A DNA stretch of 63,586 bases, counting the filler, from Atractiella rhizophila (lineage: Eukaryota), in NCBI GenBank assembly GCA_021432655.1. It is 9 parts of 7 records of this genome, joined end to end, with 100 filler letters (N's around TTAATTAATTAA, not from the genome) between each part and the next. Parts side by side here need not be neighbours in the genome. Positions count along the whole stretch, not along the records: positions 1 to 30,327 come from MU271202.1; 8 more parts are not named here. One strand, 5' to 3'. A program made the translations under genes and the position numbers. Numbering within the stretch: position 1 is the stretch's first letter; each line of letters starts with the position of its first letter. The notes beneath the pieces were generated by a model. The model worked only from the letters and a program-made list of their open reading frames with translations, was not told where the DNA came from and searched no databases. Positions 1 through 11,940 of this stretch are shown piece by piece.

Positions 1-1264
1 CGTATTCTCTAGCGTCAAAAGACTATTTGCCATGGCACGTTGCGAGGAGCGACGATCGACTTTGGAGATGAACTGTTGTCATTATGCAATCAATGTGGTG
101 TCACAGACATTTATATGGTTCTTTGTGTCCTGACGTTTTATCTTATCCGTGATGATCGATGATTATACCAATACTACGGTTGGAAAATTATTTGTTTCGA
201 TCTCGGGCCACTTGTCTTCAAGTGTTGGAGTCGAAGCTCGGCCCTGACGAAACTCAGGTGTGTTGATTTAGCTTGCGAAATGAACGAGAATGGTTAATCC
301 ACTGCACTCCTGCAGCGGAACCAAGTAGAGAATAGCAGTATGATAACCATTAATCTGTATTGATTCCTACTTGCCCACCCCGCTTCGTCCTCTCTCTGAA
401 GCAGATACGAACGAGAACGACGTTGAGTTCTGAAGCCATCAGATATGTCATTCTTCGCAGACTTTTGGAAGTTACATCTGCAAATACGCCGAGATAACTT
501 TTCCAAACTGACTCGAGACAATCACTTTTTTCGCTGTCAATTCTTAGATCGGTTTTCTTCTCACTTATCCTGTAACCTCGGTGGAGTTCAGAAGGGAAAT
601 ACTGAGAGCGAAAAGAAGTCAACCAAACATACTGTCCTACCAGTTGAGTCAACAGCTGCTCATTTAGAAAACAGTGCCTTTGTGATGCTAGTTCACTAGC
701 AAGATAAAAGTTCTATTAATCGCGTCAGCGCTGGCATCATTTGTTTTCTGTTCTCCGTCCAAAGGTGACGCTACAGCCTGTCCATCACGCCTCTCGCTCC
801 CTCTGTCCAAGCTGACTCGGAGGGCACCCATCCGTCCTTGTATCTCGTTCTGTCCCGCTCCAAGTTGAATGAAAGAACAGAAGGAAACATGCATAGATGT
901 GACAGTCGAAGAGTGGAAGACCAGCTGAACATTTCTGGAACCCTTGGCAAGAGAAAATGCAGCATCCAGAAATCCAGGCCCTGTCAAAGACCAGTACTGT
1001 TCGTTCATGGAGATGAGGGAAGCGCCGAAATTTGACGTTGTGGAACAGGGAAAGGTATCCACTGACGCATCAAAGCCTGCAGGCACACTTTTCGCAGCAT
1101 GCTGCGCGCAGTCACACCGTGACTCTTCACAACATCCTTCCTGACCGTGGCTCACTCTCTTAAAAGGCAGTCCATTTCTCCTCCTCCTCCCATCAAGCAA
1201 AGCAAGAAACAGCGCTCAGAAAGCAAGAAATCGATCAATCATAGCTCTGAAATCACGCCCTAAA

Positions 1265-1629
1265 ATGTCTTCAACCATTCACAACGTCGCTCTCACCTCA
1301 GTCCCTTCCGCTACTTCCTCTTTCGAGGAGAACCGCGACCAATCTGTCGATTACAAAGACGCGCCTCCCACTTTCGAAGAAGCCGTGAGCTCTTCTGCAG
1401 CTACGGTACAGACGGAAACCGACGTGAAGGGAAAGAAATGGAGGTTGTTCGGGAAGGGCAAGGAGTCAAAGAAGGAGAAGAAGCCAAAAGTCGTCCGCCC
1501 AAAGCTCAACGCTCCTCGTCCTGGTCCTCTTCCAGTTGGAAACTTTTGTATGCTCCGCCCTACTTCTCGCCAAGCTATTACTGAGCTCCATCCAATGCAG
1601 ACGATAGACCCCTTCTGAGGGTGCTCTAA
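1265..1629 (+). CDS. Small orphan protein (~103 aa), paralog A, 2 exons (1265-1547, 1601-1629)
   Basis: ATG at 1265; intron GTATGC...ATGCAG (1548-1600); the spliced end reads GNFYDRPLLRVL*. The same intron position and C-terminus are conserved in the paralog at 2899-3267. Confidence 0.65.
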
Positions 1630-2898
1630 TCTCTTCCAAAAGGAACGAGTTCGGAAAGACTGATATGCAAATGTAATTTGCTTTGCCTCGAACCGCGAAT
1701 CGATGGCACACCTTCGTTAGTCCTTCTCTTTTGGGTTCAAAGCATTCTCATGTCTCTTTACAGTCTAGTTTCCGCTATTTGCAGGCACAACTTGCATCGT
1801 CACCTCGGCTGAGGTGCAACGCGCAGACACGCAGGAACGAGCCGAGAGATTAACGCATCTGGATTTCAATGGATCTGTTGAATATGTCATCGATGTTGCA
1901 ACCTTTTTTTGTTCAGTATTCTACTTTCCCCTGATCTCGTCAGTTTCTTTGATAATTCCAAATACTTGGTCAAAGCTCTCAACTTCGTTTCTGTCTATTA
2001 CGTTGCCATATGCCAGATTCTGAAACATAGTACGGTCAATTAGACCACTATCGCTGTATTTACCACTACCGAGTCCTAAATCCAAATCAAGGATATTTTA
2101 GCATCTGTCATCTCACGCGCATCGTTCCCGACGTTGCTCCTCTCAGAACTTTACCACCTTTGATAATTGTTGCATTGTGATTGCTTCGACTCGAGCTTAA
2201 CAATATGTGTCTGTCCCTTTACCATCAGTTCCGGGTTGATTAAAAGCTGGTGATTTCCCTCTTCTGCTCTGCATAGGCACGCAGGATGCTCGAGAATATA
2301 ACAGAATGCTTGCAGACCTTGAGATCTCAAGGTCCGATCCAACAGCTTTCAAGCTCCTCATTTCTGACTTTCACTTCGACATATTGTTCAAGAGGGAACT
2401 TGAACACCTTAGAGTCAGCTTGACTCGGTCAGGTCAAACACGTGATCTGGGGATCACTCCAGTTGGCTGTGAGGATTTATTTCCATGCTTTCTATCAGGC
2501 ATGTCTCCATGATCGAATTAAAGAAGGACAGAAGGCAATCGATGGAAAAAGGAGATTGCGGGAAGGGTGTCTAGGCCACTTCTTGAACTCCTGCTTTTCG
2601 AAGCCTTGCCACATCGCACGGAGGCGAGGGAAATAAGATGAGGAAGCGCCGAAACTTTTCAGGGGTGGTGAAGAAGCGCCAAAATTTTGAAGTTGGTCAG
2701 AAGAAGGTCTGCATTTCGCCTACCCTGACCGTGACACCGGCATGCTGCTGCATGCAGTCGTGCCGTGAACCTTTGCCACATTCTTGGTCTTTCTGTAAAG
2801 GGCGGTCCGTTTTGTTTCTTCCTCTCCTCTATCAAAGAGAGAATAGCACCCAGAAAGTAAGAAATCGTTATACTGTAAAACCTCAATCACGCACTGTC

Positions 2899-3267
2899 AT
2901 GTCTTCAGCCCATCACAACATTACCCCTACCGCTGCCCCATCATCAGGGACTAGTTCATTTGAGGAAATTCGTTACTAGCCCATCTACGCAGATGCTCCT
3001 CCCACTTTCGAGGAAGCGTTGAACTCGTCTGCAGCGAAGCAAGAGACGGAAACTGACGTGAAGAGGAAGAAATGGATTTTTTGGGAGATGGAAAAAGGGG
3101 ACAAGAAAGAGAGGAAGCCAGAGGTTGTCCATCCAGAACCCAACCCTCCTCGTCCTGGAACTCTGCCAGTTGGAAATTTCTGTAAGCCTCTCACAACCTC
3201 CATCTGGGCGAGCTGTTACTTATGAAGCAACACAATAGACGACAGACCGCTCCTAAGGGTGCTCTGA
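2899..3267 (+). pseudogene. Paralog B of the 1265-1629 gene, with an in-frame premature TAG at 2977-2979
   Basis: MSSAHHNIT...SSFEEIRY*PIYADAPPTFEEA aligns to MSSTIHNVA...SSFEENRDQSVDYKDAPPTFEEA. Intron 3182-3238 is conserved and the last exon again gives YDRPLLRVL*. Confidence 0.6.
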
Positions 3268-4209
3268 TCTCTCAGCAAGTAACCGAACTCAGACATAAAC
3301 GCGATTGCCGTGTCAATGTACATTAATACTCTGCTCTTATGGCGTTGTTGGAACCATGCTCATCTTGCTCAATAGCTGCTGTTACCTTGTTCAGGGAGGT
3401 GGTCGAATCTGCTGTTGCAGATTGACATCGGCCGGCGAAATACGTTTTGCTCAAAGAGGGCTCCGCCTCCATTTTCACACGTTCTCATCCTTTCAATGAA
3501 AGATTCAAGACGCCCGCTTAATGTTTCCAGATCTTCTTATGTTAGCCTCAAAGTATTACAATGGATTCCCAAGCATTGTTCCGTGACAATCTCAATAAAC
3601 TCAAAGTCATAAGGAGACCTTCACGACAGTTCGCTTTGCGCAATCAGTCCATGAACTCGACTACAATGATGTACTTGAAACCAAGACCTAGCTTGTCAAC
3701 AAGAGGAAAAGCCAGTAATTCAGTATCCAAGGTGAAGTGAGCAATTCTTTCCCCCATGGCTCAGAGAGCATCCCCCAGAAAATGCGGTAGAAATAACACA
3801 TCCCTGGTCTACTAAAAGGGGTTGCTTCGACAAAAAAAGGTAGGATGAGACATGTCCGCTCAGACGTAAAGGTCCAGCCAGCACGTCACATCCATTCTCT
3901 TTTGAAGCTGAAATTAAGCCAACACACCAGGTCGAGGCGATAAAATTAGATCCCCATTGTCATAAGCTTAACCGCAATACACACTGTCCCTTGCCAGCAA
4001 TAGCTCACATCCACGTCTGGTTGCTGCTGGTTGATTTTTCGATTTTTCAATCCAACAGCAGCACTGCGCTAATCGCGCTCTTTTGCGCAGTCCACCCCTG
4101 TTTCAGTTTCACCCTTGCTGAGAGCGGAAGAAATAGTGGATCATCTCTTTACAGATAGCTATGGCCGCTGAGGTATGCAAGCAGTTCCTCCAAATTGCGT
4201 GGCCCAGTA

Positions 4210-6152
4210 TCAACCCTGAATGAGTAGCTGTCCCGTCACGCCTTCATTCCTGTTGCTATCGACTAGATGAAACTTCTCCTGTCTCCCTTGAGCCCATTCC
4301 CACTTGCTTTTCTCGGAATTCCACATCACATCTTCTTCAGTGGGAAAAGTCACGTCTACTCCCCACTCTGGTACGTAGACCGTACTTGAGAGCTCAATGG
4401 AGTACCACGAGTTCTGGAAAATCTTGAGGTCTCCAAGGTGTGGTACGCCATCTTGCAAGTTTGTCATCCCTGTCGCGCGCAAAATACATGTGAGTTTGCT
4501 CTACTTTCATAACAAAATAGATGGAATCAAACCAATTAATGACCCAGCGAAGTGTCCTCGATCACCTAATGATCTCATGAGGCCTCCAACCGCGAATTTG
4601 AGGAGAAACAGACCAATGGGATGACAATAAATACTGCCCCTCCAGTCCCTCTCTTCCATCTTGTTCCTAACAATTTGGAGCACCTCGTTACCCGTTAAGT
4701 CAGTGCTCATAGTCTCCAATACTAGATCTTGCAGATCATTTGCACGGGACAAGCCTGCTAACAAGGAGGAGGGAACGGAAGTCTCGTTAGGCCGCAAAAC
4801 ATCTGACAGAAACCTCAGATGAATCATGAGTAAACAAGTGACACTGAGCAAGCTCACATCCCTGTGTACCGCGTGAGCGTGACCTTGCGTAGCAAAGCGA
4901 AGGAAATCGCGTACTAAATGTTGTGTGTCCGTTGCGAGCGAGAAACCCCAGATTCCCATGCTGTTCAAATGATTCAGCTCTACGTCGAAGCAAGAAAAAA
5001 CCATACTCAGTGTGCAGCATGTCACCTACGGTGAATGAGCGTGATTTGTCAGAGAACTGTAGGGAAAGAGAGCAGACCTTCTTGGATAACGACGTCATCT
5101 TGCCAGGAAGTAAATCCTTGCCTCCAGACGCTCACCGAAGGATGGAACCACGTCGTCACTATCGCTAAACTTAAATTTCTGGATAGTCAGAGAAGCAAAA
5201 TGGCAACCATTCTGCCACACGAGGTTGAGTCAGGTCTACTGGCGAGGAAACACTAACTAGATCCAGATATTTCTCCCGTAGCCACCAGACGATCTCGTCT
5301 GTGTTTGTCTTTCCAGGAACAATAATGTCGTTAGAGAAAGCTTCATCGATGATCTCCCAAATATTGTGCTATTCAACATCACTCTACGTCAACATCTTCT
5401 CCAAACTCAGAAAAGAGACATCTCGCCATCAGATGCCTGTAAACAGGCTTCATACCGTCTACCCTCCTCGCCGCGTATTCAATCGCAACGTTGGGTTCCC
5501 ACACTGCCCTACTCCACCACTCCTCCCCTAGACCATCTCTCAGCATGTCTAACTCTCCAACATGAAGTCCATCGCCAAAAGCGAGGGTGTGGTGTTTATC
5601 CAGAGCGATCTTTGAAGGATTGATAATTTCCAACTCCTTACGCACTTCATCGAAGAGTTCTTCTGGTTTATTGGATATGTGATAAATCGGTGAAGGAAGC
5701 GCAGAGGACGTGTGGAACAAAAGCAACGTTCGACGACGCGCCGCAAAAGTTGTGATCGGGTTGGAAAGGGACTGGAAGGCTGTGTCTTCAGCATATTCTC
5801 GTTGTGAGACCTTTGGATCGATGATTTAACTCCTTCAAGCGCAAAATTGGAAGGAACATACGATCCAGGCATCCACTAGCAAGTGCTGTGAGTGTCTAGC
5901 TGCTTGCATGCTCGGAGCAACTAGCAAAACTGACCGTCGTATTTTTCGAGCAGCTTAGGCACATAGGCCCATCTCTAAATTTTGCAAAACACCGTCACTT
6001 TAAATCCTGAACATGCGAAGAGGGCAAACCTCAAGCTTCCATTCCTCCACGATCGCAGCTTGCTCTTTCAGTGGGGGGAAGGGTACGTAATCTTTGCGCG
6101 AGCTCCTTCCGAGCACAGCGGACACCAATAACGCCAACAAGGGAAAATACAT
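4210..6152 (-). CDS. Secreted M24-family (Xaa-Pro aminopeptidase-like) metallopeptidase, multi-exon
   Basis: Starts [15 protein letters not shown] (signal peptide) followed by PPLKEQAAI. Later exons give [27 protein letters not shown] and WYSIEL...EEDVMW, as recalled for the fungal M24 family. Confidence 0.75.
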
Positions 6153-6295
6153 GTTTCCTGCCTTGCTCACATTCGTTGTTGCTATTTGATTTTGATTTGC
6201 AACCGAGAATATGAAATGGCGGTCGGATGTGCCAATGTTCTGCTGCGCACAAGAATTCCTTGTCCAGAAGGTGACTTGAATCGACCAGCATCACT

Positions 6296-6737
6296 ATGCG
6301 TATTACGGCAGTCGTACGACGTGGACGCGCAGCGTGGAAAGGTGCACAATTTATTCAGACTTTTTAACGAAGCGCTGATTCCTTTATGGTTTCTAGGGCC
6401 ATACTTTACCACGTTCCCTTCTTTACAGGATGCCATAAAACACAATACCCCAATCCAAACTCAAGCTCGAAGTTGTACCATTCTACCAAACTTTGTGGGG
6501 TGCGTCTCTTTGTCCGAAGACAAAGATATAGAACGAAACATGTTACGGTGGAACAGGTTAAAATTCCTGGTTCATAATGGAAAGACCTACACACCTATTC
6601 ATGTGACCCCAGAGATGGTCGGACACAAGTTGGGAGAGTTCGCAGCGACACGGAAACCGTTTAAATTCAAGTAAGCTTCCATTTCTGCACAAGCAACATG
6701 ATTTATATGATGGGGTAGGCAAACTGCAAACAAGTAG
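6296..6737 (+). CDS. RSM19: Mitochondrial ribosomal protein uS19m
   Basis: Spliced product [19 protein letters not shown]...[25 protein letters not shown]...[25 protein letters not shown], with the S19 signature GHKLGEF and three short introns. Confidence 0.9.
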
Positions 6738-6960
6738 AGAAAACCCATACCACTTGCATTTCGTATACTGCGCCCGTAATCCATTCACTCTTCCATTCTT
6801 GAAACGGCGCATGCCTCGTCTTCCCGCTTCAGTAAGAGGAGAGAAACACAAATGCTTGTATTTGCAAGGGACATAAGAGCTATCTATCGACAGTTATTTG
6901 TTGCGATTTGGCCAGTATTGAAATATTGACTTCCAAGGAAGTCACCCCAATTGATAATTT

Positions 6961-9900
6961 CTAAAGCAGGTAACCCAGCACCTTCTTTGCCTCTTCCACG
7001 CCATCCACGCTCCACTCCGCCTCTGTCTTGTTCCTTCCATCGGCCACTTCCACACCAACAAACTTCCCTCCTCCTGCCTTCTTGACCAATTCATTCAACT
7101 TTTCTCCCACTTGGCCGTCTCTGCCTACATACAGGACATTTCTTAGGTTTTGAGTTTTGGAGAGAGAATGGGAGAGGGCAATAGATCGGGAGCAGGAGGA
7201 GGGGATGATGAGAAATGAGGAGGTGCCCTGTACGATATGGAGGGAGTAGCGTTCGCCTATTGAATCCATGATACTAACGACAGACATCACTTTAGTTATA
7301 TTCTCTCCTGACCATGACGAACGAAAGGGGGACACACTGATTCTGACATTCGGCTGCCTGTCGTCGCCCCCACTCTGGATCGGCATCTTCATGTTGCGCG
7401 CTGGGATAACGCCAACAGATTGTCACTCCTCTCTCCTCTATGAAGGCACCAGGAGTACGTTCGGTATACTATCCCAGAGCCAGAGTTAGTTCAGACGGCA
7501 ACCGTTGAAGAGAACGCACGTAGGTGAGAGATTCGAACGCCGCCCGTCGCCATTCGAGGTCGAGGTCTTCAGTCAACTGGATCCATTGACCGTTGGGAGG
7601 TTTCGCCTCGCATCCGTTATCCGCACTATTCTCATCGTCAACTCCAACTAATTAGAGGAAGAATAAGTGGGATTACACTATTCCGACGCCTTCTCCAAGA
7701 TCCTCCACCTCTTGCCTTTTTTTCCCGCTCAATATCCACACTTCAGCCTTCTCTCTCAACCTCCCAATCAGCTCCCTCACGCCGTTCTCCAATTGAAATC
7801 CTTTCTGCTTATTCCCAGCCGGATCATCCACAAACAAGGTCTCTTCGAAATCTAAAACAATAACCAGATCCCGATTTTCGCCCACGAGGCTCTGAATGAG
7901 ATCCTGCGACGGAGCCGGTTTCGAGGGGGCGAGAGAGTGCCGATGGGAAAGGTGGGATTTGGACGTTTCGGAGAGCAAGGAGTGGGTCCAGTTTTGGGCT
8001 GATTGAGAGAGGACGTGTGAAGAGAGCTCCGTCCAGCGTCGCGTCGCTTCATCGGCCGGCATAGTAAGGGCCTGTTCGGTCATTCAAAGATTAGCTCTCC
8101 TAATTGTGTTGGAGGTATGGAATGTATGGAGCAGACGAACCTCGTATATCGCACTAGACACCTCAGCCGTATCCCACGGGTTGACAGCGAGGCAGGATCG
8201 GAAACCAGAGTAAGTATACGCTCCAGTGAACCTTTGTAGTGCCAGACATCAACTTGGGTACAACGCAAGGGTGGAAGCAGTACTCTGAGAGAATGAGCGG
8301 TCGATGAGTCTTATCCTGGCAAGCGACGTATTCGTGGGAGGACAAGTTCATTCCGTCTCTCAAACTGGTCACCAGGAACGCATCTGCAATAGTGAGGAGT
8401 GCGAGGTATTGGCTGAACCTGTTTCGTCATGGCATAGTTATCATGTTAGATTCGGGCATGTTGAGGGGAGGAGAAACGAACGTGACATCCTGGTGGAGAA
8501 AGACGACAGCTTGCCATTCCAGCGTCGAGAATTTGGAGTTGATCCTTGATGCCACATCTGTACATTGCGCATGAATCTCATTCATTTCCGTCGTTGCTAG
8601 TCCCACTTGGAAGAGTACAACCTATTCATTTGGGCCTTAAGCCGCGTTAGGGGAAAGAGGATGCGGTATACCTTGTTGTGCCACTCTGGATGTTCCTCCA
8701 AGAACCTCTCAAAGGCCATCAACTTATGCCTTACTCCCTTGACATAATCCATCTTATCCCTCCCGACGATGATTTTCTGTCCGGCATAACGTTCTTTCAA
8801 TATCTCGGTCCACTCCGTCACCTCTGGCTCTCGTCTACCGCACATAGATCAGTTGATGAAGAGACGGAGGAGACAAAAGGGGAGCAGAGATACGACGAAC
8901 CTCTTCACGTTCAAGGCGTCAACGTCTATCCCAATGGGGAAGACTCCAACGTTACAGAACCCTCTCTTGGTGCTCACACCTCGGGGGGTCGTTTCGTACT
9001 GCAAGATGCGCATGACCGTCCTCCTAAAGTGTCTTGCAAAATTGAACCTATCCCAACGAACCATGGCATCAACGTGAGTTTCACTACTTGTTGCACTCAG
9101 TCCGGGATGGCAGGGGAAGACATACGTCTGAAAGCCTATCAGGTCTGCGCCTAACATTCCCTCCAACAACTGTTCCCTGGTAGCAAGGCACCTGACCGTT
9201 TCGCTGCTGGGGAAGGCAGTGTGGACGAAGAGGCTGATGCAAGCTAGTGGGAGCTTTTCTCTAATCATGAGAGGAACAAGAAGGAGATGATAGTCCGAGA
9301 TGAGGATGACGTCCCCCTCTTGATATTGGGCTACGATCGCGTCCGCGACAGCTTGGTTTAGTTCGCGGTAGGGGAGGAAGGAGGCAGAGTCGTAAGATTT
9401 GTAAGAGGTGAAATCGGGCATGTAGTGGAAGGTGGGCCAAAGGACCTATCCATCACAGCCAAACAGAGCAACGAGCAGCCAAAGAGCAACCGACGAGCGA
9501 ATAGTTAAATCATGAAAATCAGTCTCCTGACGGTCTGCAGAGTGAGAAGTTGCTGCACCTGTTTGCAAAACCCTTCATAAGCTTCCACGACCACCTTCCT
9601 CTCCATCCAAACTGGTATCTCCTCCCCTTCCCTCTCCCTCTCCTCTCCAAGCACCCTCTCCGCCTCCTTCTTCTCCTCCTCATCCACCTCATCCATGGCC
9701 ACACCCGGAAAGCCAATCCAAACCGGCTTCCAGCTCCGTGTTGAGGAGATGGCATGCAGAAGTCCGCCGTTTGCGTTCGGGGAGGGTACAACGGCGAAGG
9801 GAAAGTCAATGTGGGGTGAGGATAGTTGAGATTGGGAGGATTTGGGTTTTATCTCAGGTTGGGATTGGGATCGAGGTTGGGGTTGGGGTTGTTCCTCATC

Positions 9901-10509
9901 CGCAATAGTGGGCAGCTTCAGAGACTTTCTAACCTCGTCCGCCTCCGCTTGCACCTTCCTAGCTGCGCTGGAAAGAACTCCTTTTAGAGAAACGTTGTTG
10001 AGTGTGTTGAGACTCGTTGCCGTGTTCGATCGGGAGAGAGGATGAGGATGGGGAGAGATGGGAGAGAGTGGACCGGCCGTTGGTGTGGTTGGTGAGAAGA
10101 AGGGATTCGTAGCGTCTGCTGGAGTTGGTGTTTGCCCATATGGCGTTTGAGCCCTTTCCTATCCAACGACAACGGCACAGTCGCACAAGAGTGAATATTA
10201 ACCATGAGAAGGAAGGCGCAAACAAAAGAGCTCGTTTAGAAATTTACGTTGTAAAGAAGGAGGACGTACGGTAAGATCTTCCACGATACTCAAGCTGGCT
10301 AGGTTGGGTTTGCTGCCACTACTGGTCATGGAGGACGTGATGGGTGACTTTGGAGATAAAGGAGGATTGACAGGGCCATCGTCAAATACCGCTCGCTCTT
10401 GCTCTGGACTATAATTGAGGTTCAAAGGGGTGGTGCTGCCATACCCTTGGTCGAATGAGAGGGTGTGGGGGAGGAAGAGAGTGCCTATAAGGACGCGCCG
10501 TTGAGCCAT
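6961..10509 (-). CDS. Trehalose-6-phosphate synthase/phosphatase complex subunit (GT20 plus degenerate HAD domain; Tps3/Tsl1-like), multi-exon
   Basis: GT20 motifs ISDYHLLLVP, HTAFPSSE, GADLIGFQT, FPIGID, GRDKMDYVKGV, TSLRDGMNL and PLILSE. The C-terminal phosphatase-like region has LDFEETL and ILSGK. Confidence 0.85.
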
Positions 10510-11940
10510 TCTTACGTTAGTAGTATGCCTTTGCAAGAATCTCGTTTGATGCGGGAGCTGGCCAGATATAAACGCTATATAAACGACGTGGGAGTGCTGG
10601 CAAATGTGACGCTGAGCCTGAGCAGAATATTGGATATTGGACGGTGGATTTTTATGGATGTCGATTGTCGATTCGATGAGATGAGATCATTGAATGATGA
10701 CAGTTAATGCCCATCGCTAGTCACCACCACAAACGAATCGAATTGCAGGCTTAGTGCTACTACTGGGTGAAGCGGAACGTGTATCTCGCCAAAGGGAGGA
10801 GTTAGAAGTTAAGGCTAGACTGTAATTGCGCTCAGGAAGCAAAGGTTCGTCTTCTTATGATTTGTCGATTTCTGGGTTGGGAGGAGGGAAGACGCGTATC
10901 TTTGACCTGGGGCTCTTGAGCGAGCGTTTGTATTGTGCCGAGCAACGCGTACCTCTAGGTTGCTCGCTTCTTGCCAAGTACACATCAAGTTTTATGCACA
11001 TTCATCCCAGGTAGGAAGAAGATTGAATGGTCTCTTACAGAGAGTGCATTCAACTTGATACATGGTGGTTGATATTAAAGATAACGAAAACCTTTGGTGT
11101 GCTTGTAGGACAACTTTGGTTGTTTGCCAGCTTCGTGTGGCAACATGTTACTGGTAGTTTCGTGGCCAATTGCTCAGCACGTCCCACTTCGCTGCAACGG
11201 TCACGAGTCTTTATCTCTGTTCTCTAATTGGACTTGTAAAGGATCAAGTCTAATCTGTTTCCAAGATGGGTTTCATAAAGGAATCCCCAAGAATACTTGG
11301 TATGAGCTCGCGATAGAAAGAATGTTCCTCGCACATTTCCAGATTCCATGAATCGGTTTCAGGATTGTGGCTGTCATTTCACTCCTGTTTAAATAGGAAC
11401 GGATTTTGATAAACTGTTTTCAAATGGAGATTAGGATCTCGCAATCCCTGACTCCAATAGGAGGCTTTACAACACGTCACAGCGCTTTAATAACTATTGT
11501 TCAAGTCTCTCTGAAGATCTTGAGGGCTGCTCCGATGGCGCTTGGGAAGCGCCGTCGCCAAGTGAGAATGACTTGTCCATTGCCTACGGTAAGGTGTTAT
11601 TGCGATGCGTAATAAACGGGCAATAAGGAAGACTGTTAGCTGTAGAAGCACGGAAGAATAGTTGCCTTGGTCGCTATATAATACTACTTTCTAATGAAGG
11701 TAATCACGGTTTCTTCGTCTTGGAATGAGACGTGAGGATATACCGTATCCTCCTTTTCGTTAGGAAACGCTCTTGGCTGTGGGACCAAGCATCAGGCGCC
11801 TGACCTGGTAACTATGCCCATCAAAGCTCATTTTAGAGTAAAATGTGTATTTACTCATTTCCTCCGTGAAGTGCCTTGCGCCGCTCACATTGTTGCGCAA
11901 AATAAACTGATTCCACCTTTTATTCGATAGTACATTGAAC

